A program made the position numbers and the translations under genes. Positions 23,681 to 35,240 of a DNA stretch of 64,000 nucleotides are shown piece after piece. The DNA comes from Lama guanicoe (taxonomy: Eukaryota). How positions within the stretch are numbered: position 1 is the stretch's first letter; each line of letters starts with the position of its first letter. The stretch is from positions 4,020,677-4,084,676 of the forward strand of contig MU054117.1 of NCBI GenBank assembly GCA_013239625.1, given 5' to 3'. The notes below the pieces were generated by a model. It searched no databases and was not told the origin of the DNA. It saw only the letters and a program-made list of their open reading frames with translations.

Positions 23681-26465
23681 GTCTTCTTATCACTGGTCCC
23701 CACCTCCTGCAGCTTTGCATTCAGAATGAACAGCGTGGTCCTAGGGAAATGGAAGCTTCATTCTCTGCACGGAAACCTTTGGAAGCCCAGGCTTCATGAG
23801 CTGCATTGAGAACACAGTGAACCCTGCGATGGGATTCTGAGAGTCTTACTTTTTTTTTTTTTTTTTGCCAGCCAGTAAACTTTAATGTTAGTTACTAATT
23901 TCACACACTACAACAGAAAAATTGCAGCCCCCCCCACCTCCTCCTTATAAGATAAGCCCCTGGGATCTGAGCCCCAGCAGGGTGAGTGTCAACCATGTGG
24001 AGGAAGCTGGGATTCTGGAGTAAATGATCACAAAGCAGGAAGGGAAGAGCACAAGTCCGGCTGTCCCCCAGGGGCCGGGAGGCCGGCCTGGGCAGCGGGT
24101 CTGTCTGTGCGTGGGACAAGGCTCAGTGCCAAGCCAGAGGTGCTGGTGCACGGACGCCCCCGGGAGGACACCTGCTCTCAGGTTGGAGTTGAGGGGCCCT
24201 TCTGTTCCCCCCTGGAACTTCTACTCCAGATGGGCTTAGGGCTCGCCTAGAGGGTCTGGCTGCCTGGGGAGGTGGGCTTGGGCGACAGACCTCAGAGCCT
24301 GGCCTGGAAGAAGGCACAGTTCCCAGAGAGCAGGGCTGCGTCCTAGGCCCCACCGTGAATGGAAGGAGTTTCCTGCATGTCCAGAGTGAGTCTGGAATAG
24401 CATCCTTCCCCGGTAAGTACCGCTCGGGGGAGAAAGTGAACGTGGAGGTGATGGAAGCAGGCCTGGAAGGAGCTCCGGGCTCCCGGCCGTGTGGCAGCTC
24501 TGCCTCTCCCGTGCTGGGGGCACAGTTCCCCTTCCACCACTGTACTGGCATCAAAGGTCACAGAAGGACTGCAAAGCCAACGTGTTCAACTCCGGGGCCA
24601 GAGTAGAGCTTCCGACAAGTTCCATCCAACGCATGTGTTTGCCGTGGTCCTGGGGGACAGCCACCTCACCTCTGAGACAGGCGGGCCCTGGAGGGCCGGA
24701 GTCCAGCTCCTGGAGACACTCTCACTCTCCCTCCTCTTCCCTGGGTGCCTGGCTTTGGCCGGAGCTGGGTTAAACAGAGACGTGTGTTGCAGTGTGAGGA
24801 ACTTGTCTGGCTAGAAGGCAGGTCCTGGCCCGGCTTTCTTGCCGGTAGTCGCGTGACCTTGGCTAACTCACCTGTCCCAAAGCGGGCGTTTCAGAATCAC
24901 GAGCTCCTGCTGCAGAGACGGCCAGCGTCCAGACCTCACGTCCTCCCTTCCTCCATGAACGCCACGGTCAGAAGCCCTGTTGGCCATTGGCCGCCTCTCT
25001 GCTCTCTCATCAGCCTCTAAGATACCCCTTCTCCGGGCTGTGTCAGCTTGAACAAGTTACTTAACCCCTCTGAGCCTTGTTTTCCCTGTCTCTAAAATGA
25101 GGATGGTGCCTCCTTCATAAGATCGTTTTGCGATGTCACAAGAACATCCCGGTCCTGGCCCACCTGTCCGAAGCCCCCAGAGTGTTACATTAAGTTTGGG
25201 GAGATTTTCAGGAGCCCTCACTCTGGGATTCTGGTAGGAATTTCCAAACTTCACAGCAGGAGGACGAGTCCTAATTGAAGAGTCCAAATCATCTTCCTCT
25301 AGGGGTGCAGTCCCCTGGGTAGCGTTCACCCCCCTGCCTTCTATGGGTCTCTCGACCCCTTCTCAGCACAACTGCCAGCCACCCACGTGATCTTCTAGAG
25401 AGAGTGTGTGGGTGTGGGGGGTGGCGGGTTGGTCCTTCTTGCAAATTTACGGGACATCTTTGTTCTTGTATTGTCCGTCCGTCTGTCTGTCTCAGTAGTG
25501 TCTGGCAGTATCTTTTCCGGGTTGGTGACTTAGGATTTGGCATTTTTGAGGATCTTTTGGCTGTTCTTCCCTCCCCCACACAGGCGTGTGTGTGTGTGTA
25601 CGTGTGCTTTCTAGTTCACTTAGCGTGAAAACCCTCCACTGAGGCTGGGAGAAACCGTCCATGTTTATTTTATCACCTCCAAAGATGTGTGCAAGAATGA
25701 AGTCTGTGGCATCCATTCACAGCGACCTGGAGATCTGTCTGTCATCCCCCAGGCTCCGAGCTCAGGTGGCCCCAGGCTGTGCAAAGCCACACAGGCTCCT
25801 CCGCCAGGCCCGGCCTTGCCCCACCAGCCACGGCTCTGCGCAGCCTCAGCCAGTGGCCTCGGAAGCCTGGAGAGGCGCCAGCTGTCTAACTGGAACCTCT
25901 TCAGCCCAAACCTCTTCCTCAGAGTCCCCGCCCCCGATCGAAGGAGACCCTGGCTCACACGTGCACCCCCAGTTCTGGTGGGCTGGTGGGTTGCTCACAA
26001 GACCCACGTGCTTCATCACAGATTGAAATGCAGGTGCTGCTTGCGTGTTGACTGGAACCCCTGGGTTTCTGTTTGGTTCCAGATGGAGGGTGGCCCTGCT
26101 GGACAAGGAGACGCACAGCCAGGTGGGAAGCCCCCTGGAGGGCGGTGGGTTTGTCTCCTTCCATCCTGGGCCTGTATTTGGTTACAGGACAAAAGGCCAA
26201 GGAGAGCAGCACAGGTGGGCGGGGGGCGCCCAGGAGGCGGACAGGGAAGGCCCAAACACACCAAAAGCCTCTTCTAGAAGCTGCTTCCGCTGAGGAGTCT
26301 GGCGGGGGTACACCGCTGCAGGGTCCAGGAATGCCACTGGGTGCACCGGGACAGAAACCTCTGTGGCAAGAAAAGATGAGCGTTTGTTGGGAAATGGTGC
26401 GGCACAGCCTGATGAGTCAGGTGGCTTTTCACGTGGAGATGTAGGGAGGTGCTTGCGCGTGTTTC

Positions 26466-26468
<3 letters not shown>

Positions 26469-26496
<28 letters not shown>
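26469..26496. repeat. (GT)14 microsatellite
   Basis: Read directly. Confidence 0.95.
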
Positions 26497-27439
26497 AGTT
26501 GTTTTGATTCCCCAGTCATTGATGTAGTGCATTTTTTTCAGGAAAGGTAATGCTTGAAAAGAATGTTCCAGAACACGAGTTTAACCTTTAGGAGACAGAG
26601 CTGGTAGCCAGCTGGGGAGCATGTGGAAGATGAACATTCTTGGGGCTAGAAAACAGACCGATGGAGGCTGAGGATTTATAGGCAGAAAAGGCAGCGGGCA
26701 GATTCCACCAGCCAAAACAGAAGGGGCTGAGGCTGCGGGCCTTCTGATTGGGTAGGAACGTGCTGGAAGCTGGTGCCGGGGGCAGCAGGTGAAGGGTCAG
26801 GTCAGACCAAAGAATAAATAATCATAGTTATTATTTCCTGGCCTCTTCCTCCCCTTCCTCGGAAGCACAGGGTACACTCTGGTCGTTTTAACTCTTTTGT
26901 GCCGTGGAGGACAGCTGTTAAGAAAACTCACTTCCCTGGGGTCGTACAGCTGGTAAGGGGACGTGCCCATCTGGGCGCCCGGGAGGTCTGGGTGGTCTGG
27001 AAGTACTTGCTCCGAAGTGTGTGAGGAATTCTGCAACAGAGAGGATGCTGAGCGCCTCAAGGGACCGTGACGGCTGACTTTCAGTGGGGTGTGGGAGTGA
27101 GGAGGGTGGCAGGCACTTGACACAATTAGCCATTAAAGGATCAATAAAGCAGGAATTCCCAGCTATTGTCCCACCCGAGGAACTGCCAGGCTCCTCAGCC
27201 CAGTGGCTCTCTGCAGCAGGTGGGAAAGAGGAGTGGGTCTCCCACTGCAAACCCCCCAAACCATCCCCCCAGCACCCAGCGACCCGTCAACCACTGTACC
27301 CGGGGAGGGCGGTTGGAGCTTCTCCCTGCAGGGTGAAGACCAGCATGGCTGTAATGTGGGGGCTTTGGCAAAAAGCAGAGAGGAATTTCAAATGAGGACA
27401 GCATGGTCCCTCCTCCCTTATAATGAGAAATCCATCTTT

Positions 27440-28500
27440 TATCTGTTCAATACAGTTTTTAAATCTGTTGAATGCCTGCTAGGTACTGGACACCCTGCTT
27501 GACTGTGTGGACTCAGCACGAGAGATGTCGTCCCTCCTGGAAGAGCAGTGAGTGGAAAGGATGGGCCTTCAGGTGCAGCTGCTTAGAGTCCCCTTGGTGA
27601 TGTCCACCTCCTCGCCACAAGCCCCCCTCACAAGGAGCTGGTGCTATTTTAAAACAGCTCTAATTATCTGTTAGAAATACACTCTCTGTGATGAAGCCAA
27701 GTCTACACATAAAATAGCTGTAACTAGCTTGTCAACAAAAGGGCTCGAGGAACCCAGAAAATGAGCAACTAAATGCTGCTTAGAACAATCAGGGAAGGCT
27801 TCCTTGAGGAGGTGACTGAGCTGGCTCTTAAGGATGAGTAGGAGTTTGACAGGGAGGAATGAGGGGAGGGATATTGCAGATGGAGGAACAGCGTTCAGAA
27901 GTGCAGGATGGTGAAAGAGTCTAACACATGAAGAGAAAAGTGAAAGGTTGGGGTAATGAGAATTATGTGACTGCAGGAAGCTGGAGAGAAGAGATGGGAG
28001 CAAATAATTCAAGGCTGTAACATTTGAATCTGATCGTTTGAGGACCCTCGACCTTAGCGTGAGAATCACCTGAAGGGCTTGTTAAAACTGATTTCTGGGT
28101 CCCATCACCTGAGTCTGACTGGCTAGGTCTGGGCGGGGACTGAGAATGTGCATGTCTGACAAGTTCCCAGGAGACGCTGCTGCATCCTTTGAGAACCACT
28201 GGTTTATTAGGTAATGAGAAATCAACAAGAGTTTTTTTCAGCTATTTTTTAAGAAAGTGATTCTGGTGCTAGTGTAACAGCTGGATGGACTGGAGATGGA
28301 CGGAGTGGCAGCTGGAGGAGCAGCAGCAGACAACACAAGGGAGAACCTGCACTAGGACGAGGCCCGGGGAGCAGGGGGAAACGTGGGGTGAGAGGAGCGT
28401 TCTTCAGGTGCCATCGGTTGGATCTGGTAACCAGTTGGAGGTGGGAAATGAGAGAGGAAGGCAGGAGGAAGATGACTGCTCCGTTTTGGAGGCATGATGA
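27440..28500 (-). mobile_element. LINE-2 fragments
   Basis: ttgaatgcctgctaggtac, aatcagggaaggcttccttgaggaggtgactgagctggctcttaaggatgagtagg, gtaatgagaaatcaacaagagttttt. Confidence 0.7.
28040..28204. mobile_element. MER5A (hAT-Charlie) MITE inserted in L2 remnants
   Basis: agaatcacctgaagggcttgttaaaac...gtctgggcggggactgagaatgtgcatgtctgacaagttcccagg...tttgagaaccactg. Confidence 0.85.
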
Positions 28501-31471
28501 CTCTAAATCAAATTCAAGGAGACTGCAATACAAGTGGGTTTGAAGACAGGAAAGAGAGGAGTTTGAGGGGCCCCTGGGACATTAAGAGTCCACAAGAGAT
28601 CATTCATTATCAAGAGAGAAGGATGCTTGACGTTGTGAAAGAACAGCTTTTATTTATTTAGAAATAATTCCACATAGGTAAGCCTCTCCATTTAGAAATG
28701 GGTCTAGGTGGAGCTCCATGGGAGGAATCCAGACCCCTCTAGGGATCTGTGGCCCGGCCTCCCCTGGAGGTGACCGAGAAAGTGGGAAGAACACACGGAG
28801 GTCCAGGTCCTCACACCAGTGTCACTCCACAGAGATGTGCCTCTGGGGTCAACCTAAGGACGCTGCTCTCGGAAGCCCTTCAGGCTACAGTTTAAAGGAG
28901 ATCAGACTCTGGGAAACCAAAGCCTAAAGGTTCTGGTCCAAAGGGACCCCCCGTGGGTCTACTTTCTGGGACCTTTGGCTGTCTCCTCGAAAGCCGGTTG
29001 GTCAACCAGGAAAATAAAAGATTCTTCTCTTTTAGGAACATCCTAGAAGGAGCCAAGGCCCTTTCTCTTCCGGGGCTTTCAGACGTGCCGCCCCCTCTGC
29101 CCTGACGCTTGTCCCCTGTCCCCTCCTCCCTCCCACTGACTCCTTCCCTCTCCATTTACAAACTCCCCAGTTCATAAATTCAGACTTCAGTTCATCAATC
29201 CGTTCTTCTCCTGAGTTCACGATAGTCTAGCCTTCCCCACCTTTATATATTCTCCCAGCCCCAGCATTTCACTCCACAACCCACGACAGGACTGGAGTGA
29301 CAGGTGTCTGGGGCTCAGTGTGACTCCTTGCTCGGTATGTCGCCCCGCCTGGCCGTGACCTCCGAAGGGAGTTATGTGCTGGTTTTGACAGAGCTTTCTC
29401 CTGAACGCTGGGCTCTAAGCTCTCAGTAGGCAGTCAACAAATATTTGTCATTCACACGGATGAACGAATCCCTTTAATAAAACAGGGCTCCAGCTGGAAG
29501 GATGTGGGTCCAACCTCAGGGAAGATGGATCAGGGATGGAAGACGGTGTTGCTCTTTGGTTATGTAAATGGCGATGATAAAGTGGGCGAATCTTCCTTAG
29601 AGACAAGAAGCTCAGCAATCAAGAATCATAATGTTCTCTTCAGTGCAGGGATCTGAGGCGCCATCATTACACAGATGGAATGTTGGGAGGAGGGCTCAAA
29701 TTGGAAGGAAACGGCTTTTAAATAGGAGTCCCAGGAAACAAAACACAAGGTCATGAGCCAGGGCTGTGTTAATGCTTCTTCAATAAAAGACATCATGTAG
29801 GTTGTTCGCCTATCCTTTAGCGCCCACGTTCGTTCAACCAGTGTTGAGAGAGACCTACTATGTGCAGCTGTCTGCCTAGGCATTGATTAGTATAATGACA
29901 CACGGGCAGATGAGGTTCATACCTTCATGGAGCTTCTTGGCTAGAAGGTGTGATGGGGAAAAATAAGAAAGAAATCAGCAAATATACATATAAAATAATT
30001 TGGGGTAGTTCTACCCACTCAGAAGAAACAGATATGAAACAGTGAAAGGATAGAGGAGGAATACGGTGTAGACAGGCAGGGGGGGCAGGATGCCCGGGGT
30101 GTTAGACACTCTATATTTCCAGGATGAAAATGCGTGTTGCTGTGAAAGTCAAGACGTGAAATGTCAGTATGCCTAAGGGCAGTCAAATTTTCACAGATCC
30201 TGAGCGATGAATGGCCCTACTTAAAACAGAAGATCTTTAACCAAAAATTGGAAGTCAGGCTTTCGCACAGAAGTGCAAACAGGGCTGAGTCCGTGAGTCA
30301 TCTCTGCGTGACTTCAGGACGCAGCTTTCCCTTGGGACCTCAGGCACCCCCTTCTCCCAAGAGGCCAACAACTGTGCAGTGTTGTCCCACCAGTTCCCCT
30401 CCCTCGGAGAGACCTTTCTCCCTGTCAAACCCGCTTCATTCCAGGGAAACAAGACTCAGTCCCCACCACCACCCCACTGGCAGGGAAGCCCTCATCCCCT
30501 TCCGGATGCTGAAAGGCCTGGGGTGGGGGGCAGTGGGGGGACAGGGCCACTCCCTTGAAGTTCCTGTGCCTCTGTTTGCTGCTGGCAGCCCCCCCCCCCG
30601 ACCAGGGTGGGTGGGGAAGTGCGCACCACCCAAGGCTGGGTTTCTGCTTCTGGTCCCCTAAGAGAACTTTCTTTTAATCTAAGATAAGCTTCAGGCAAAC
30701 TACCCCTGGGGTCCCAGCTCAGTGATATTCTTGGGATTCTGGCTCAGTTATTTGCACACCAAAACCCTCAGTTTCCCTTCCTGAAAAGTGGGTGTAAAAA
30801 CACCCCTAATCAGTTCTGCAGCATCCTAGCAGCTGACCCAGGCTGCCTCGCAGACAAGTGAGGGGTGGAGCTTTGAGACAGTGCAGAAGGAGAGGCAACG
30901 GATTGTCTCTGAGACGCTCCATAAAGGCCATCAGAACTGCTTTCCACCCCAACCTAAGCCAGCTAGACTCAGAGAGGTTGGGCAGCCCAGCCAAAGTCAC
31001 ACAGCTAATATGCAGGGCAGATGAAGATGAGAACCAGGCCTTCTGTCATCCGGTGCAGAGCTCCCTCCCCTCCTCCACCCTGCCTTTGTAGTCACATGAC
31101 CCATAGTCATGTGGCCAAGTTCCCTGATTTTATTCTGATTCGAGTTTCCTATAAAATGAAGCTGATGAGAGGACCCACCTCTCGGGGCCGTAGTGACCAT
31201 CTCTGTGGCCACAGCAGGCGGCGTGGACCAGTGGTTGCCTGGAGCAGGGCCACGGGGGCCTCCCCTGGGCCCTCTTCGGGTGTCTGGGAACAGAGAACTC
31301 CTGCAGACCCCCGGGAAGGGGACGGGTAGTGGGAGGTCCCTCGGCGGGTTGGGCCCGCAGTTCCTAGTAACTGGCAGCCGCCGTTCGGCATTTCAACACC
31401 AGCTTCCGAGCCCGACGCCCACTCTGCGCACCTCGAAGGACGTGGTCAGGTCGGAAGGCGACACGAAAGGC

Positions 31472-32757
31472 ACAGAATCAGGCGGAGAGGAAACAATGTG
31501 GACGGCGCAATTATCCCGGAACCGAGCCCCAGCGTCTGGACTTCCAGCTGCAGGAAACCAGAAAGGGCAGTGACCAGAGCTGGCCCTTCCAGCAGGCCAA
31601 GGGGGCCAGAGAGCGTGCACAGTGATGCCAAGGGATGGGTCAAACCCAGGCCAGTGATGAAGTGGCCTCACTGCATCCACACTTGGCAACCCGGAAACCC
31701 TGGTAACACCGGCTCCCTCCTCCGAGAGAGGGGCCCAGCCAGCCGGCCCCCCCGCACAGCCCCACACACGCCCTGCTGCTCGTTGCCCCCCTCATTCTAA
31801 GGACGTGTCTCTTTTTCTTGCCCAAATCCCTCACGCTGCAGCCCAAGTCATTTCTTCTAGTGCTTTTGATTTTTAAGTCCAGACCAAATCTGGAAGCCTT
31901 CTGAAGCCCTTGTAAAGATGCCCCAGGCTCCAGAAGCACCATTCCAGTGGGATGGACAAGGAGGGCGCGGAGCGGAGGGGCCCCAAGTCTAAGCGCTTCC
32001 CTGGCGACACCCCCTTTCCTCCTGCCGGCGCTCCAGCAGGCGGTGGCTCCACCGGGCTCAGGCCTGCCCCAGCTGCTGGCGAGGCACTGCCCTATCGCGA
32101 TGCTTCCAGTTTAGCTTCAGTTTAACAGGAGGCGAGAGAGATGGAGAGGAGACGAGCAGAGCTCAGCCGGCCGTCAGGAGCTCCGGGTGTGAACCCTGGA
32201 GCACCGGTCCCACTGCACAGCCTCGGATGGACCACGTCCATTCGCTCCCCCTCAGCACCAGCTCTGTGTCAGAAACCCGCCTGGGGATATGGAAGCAGTG
32301 CAGTCTCCTGGAGACTCCAACAGGTGGCTTCACCTTGGGCCCAAGTGCCTCATCCGTCCAGGAGCCTCGTCTGGAGTGGGAAGAGCGATGTGGCCAGCCC
32401 TGCGGGGGCCCCAGCACAGACTGCAGGATGCTCCGTTACATCTTCTCTTATGGATAAACTTGCTGAAAGTCATGTTGAAGGGGAGGACCTGGGAGCAGGG
32501 GCAACCTGGCAGGTTGAGAGCCTGGTTGGGAGACAAGACTTGTGGATGGTGGAAGCGGTGGGGACACTTCACCACTGGTCTGGGTTTGACCCATCCCTTG
32601 GCATCACTCTGCACACCCCCTGGCCCCCTTGGCCAGCTGGGAGGGCCGGCTCCTGTCACTGCCCCTTCTGGTTTCCCGCAGCTGGAAGTCCAGATGCTGG
32701 GGCTCGGTCCCAGGATAATTGCACTGTCCACATTGCTTCCTCTCTGCCTTATCCTGT
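31472..32757. repeat. Inverted duplication: 209-bp arms at 31472-31680 and 32549-32757, 868-bp spacer
   Basis: Manual alignment of arm 1 with the reverse complement of arm 2 is gapless with 26 mismatches; the ORF track shows near-identical peptides on opposite strands (HHWPGFDPSLGIT / HHWSGFDPSLGIT, HCPFWFPAAGSPDAGAR). Confidence 0.95.
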
Positions 32758-33312
32758 CATCCTTCCTCCTGAACTTTTGACACAACCCTGCTTCTTGTCA
32801 GCATGACTGTCAGCCCAGGGGAGTCAGCCTCCTCCCGGTGGGCTGAGCAACCTCGCTCAGCCTCTGGGACCCCCAGGCCCTGTTCCAGGAGGGTGACTCT
32901 GGCTTCCCTTGTCACCCCAGGGCACAGCTGGGCTGCAGTTCCTTCAGAGGACAGGGGCGGGAAGACAGAGCACAGGTCCAGCCACCTTAGGAGCACAAGG
33001 CATCTGGCTACCCCCTGGACTCTTCGCTTTGAGTGTCCTGTGCTGTGGGACCGACACGGCGGGGGCTCACCCCACCCCAGGAGCCCTCAGCAGAGCCGGC
33101 TTTGGTCCCTGGGGCCCAGCCTTCACAGGAGCTGAGCAGGAGGATTCCCAGACATGAATTTTCGTCAAATGCCACTTTCATCAAGTCCCACCCAGATGCT
33201 TCAGAGTCCATACCTTCTGGCTGGTACTTGGTATTCAAACAGACCCACGGATTTAAACCCTGTTTCTCAGACCTGCCTGGCATGTGTCCACTCCACGCCC
33301 GCTGGACCTCCC

Positions 33313-33723
33313 GGGCTGAACTGTGCCCCACCCTCCAATTCAAGTGTTGAAGTCCTGATCCCCCCAGGCTCCAGAAGGTGACTGGGAATAGGGTCAAGAG
33401 GTGATTAAGTTAAAATGAGGCCATTGGGGTGGGCACCATCCAATCTGACTGGCATCCTTATAAGAAGAGGAGGTTAGGACAGAGAGAGAGAGACAGAGAG
33501 AGAAGATGGACCCTGTGAAGACGCAGAGAGAAAACAGCCATCTATAAGCCAAGGAGAAAGGCCTGGAACAGATCCTTCCCTCACGACCCTCAGAAGAAAG
33601 CAACCCCACTGACACCCTGGTTTTGGGTTTCCAGCCTCCAGGACTGCTGATCAATACATTCCTTCAGTTAAGCCCCCTAGTCTCCCCCTTTGTGATTGTT
33701 TGCAGCCCTAGCAAACAGGTACA
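33313..33723 (+). mobile_element. MaLR solo LTR (MLT1B-like)
   Basis: gggctgaactgtgcccc...gttgaagtcct...gattaagttaaaatgagg...tccttataagaagagga...ccagcctccaggactg...gcagccctagcaaac..taca. Confidence 0.88.
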
Positions 33724-34480
33724 GGTACTTAAAGGAGAAAAATAAATCACAGCAAATCATAAATGTTCAAAGTTTACAGGTAGCATTAAAAAAATCAGAA
33801 AATAAAGAAAGTTGAATACTAATAGTTTCATTGACTGCCTGGCATACCTCTACAAGACTTCGTTACCCATATTCTTGTCTGCATATTCTTCATAGCTCTC
33901 AATAGTTTTATAAAATTATTTTCTATAGAGAAAATAGAAAGATAATCCAATTTCCCTGGTTCCATGACTGATAAAAATGTTGTTTTTTATCATTGATATT
34001 TCAGAAAAGTTCCTTTCAGATTTACAATGCACCCTTGGTGACATCATGTACATTTTCAGAATTGTTACCAAATTTAGGAAAACCTCTGTTAAGATTCTTT
34101 CACATATTAGCTAGAAAATGTCAGGATGTTTCCCCCTTTTCTTTCTTAATGCGGTGATTAATCTTAGATGCACATTAACCAGTCTGCCGTGGCTGTTCCC
34201 ACTGTAAGACCACATTACCTGTATCAGTGATGCGAGTTTATGTTGAGTCAGCAAAAGACGGAAAACCCTTTTTCCAATATGAGCATATAACTCATTCCTT
34301 TCCTTCAATTGGATTATAGAACAATCTCAGAGCCTACTCATTACTGCTATTGGAAATGTACCATTTATGTTGGAAATCTGTCCCTTCCTCTTAATGAACA
34401 CTTCAGTGTCATCTGAATTTTTCTTGTTACAGTTTTTTTCTTAACATCAGAATAATTTTACTCTTACTTTCACAAGATTT
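33724..34480 (-). mobile_element. hAT-Tip100 (Zaphod-like) DNA transposon remnant
   Basis: AT-rich block with ttttctatagagaaaatagaaagataat, agaaaagttcctttcag, aaatttaggaaaacctctgttaagattctttcacatat, resembling the recalled Zaphod consensus. Confidence 0.6.
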
Positions 34481-34869
34481 CTATTTGGCAAAGACCTGCT
34501 ACAAAACCTGACCCAGCATGTGCTGGACGTCAGCCCTGAGAAGGACTTCCAAGAAGCCTTCCCGGATTGCACGCTCTGGCCTTGAATGCTGTCCATAACC
34601 TGTATCTGCTCTAACTCTGAGCTCAGCTTCTTCAAGCGCTGCCCCTACTGTCATCTCTAGGGTGTTCCTGAAATTGTGCACTAAAATCAAATATTTAAAA
34701 GCACAATCACAGGTGCACGGGGGTAGGGATATGCTTTCCTGGGGATCTGAAAGAAATTGTCATAGCATCACTGTATCTCACCTTTGGTGCACAGTATTTG
34801 CAATATACCATCCATATCTGGACCCTATTTGTTAATGTATTCTTTCTACAATTTGACATCCATTAATAT

Positions 34870-35240
34870 TAGTGTCAATATTCAAAACACAGTGGTGTCC
34901 TAGGTACCAGACCCTATTCTAAGTGTTTGGGACATACTTTTCAGGGAGGTTATGGTCTAAAATGGAAGGAGACAGACCATCAAAAGGACACAAGAAACAA
35001 GTCCCCCTGTTAGATGGCGGTGAGTGCTCTGGGGAGTGGGGGAGAGAAAGGAGAACAGAGTAAAGAGGATCTGGAATGGGGGAGGATGGAGTGCAGGGTG
35101 CAACTGCAAATAAGAGTGTCGGGGAAGCCTCACTGATCCACTGAGCTTTGAGCAATGGCTTGGAAAGTCAGTGAGGGTGTGAGCCACGCAGAAGTCCAGG
35201 GAGAGGGTATTCTGGGTGGACGGGCACCATGGGAACGCGG
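34870..35240 (-). mobile_element. LINE-2 fragment
   Basis: ccctattctaagtgtttgggac...gatggcggtgagtgctctgggg...ggggaagcctcactga...gagggtgtgagccacgcag. Confidence 0.7.

Noticed and set aside
32141..32806. Pair of similar peptides on opposite strands (31393-31767 minus, 32141-32806 plus) suggesting duplicated genes
   Set aside because: The similarity comes from the DNA-level inverted repeat and appears in several frames at once; no splice structure or protein family evident.
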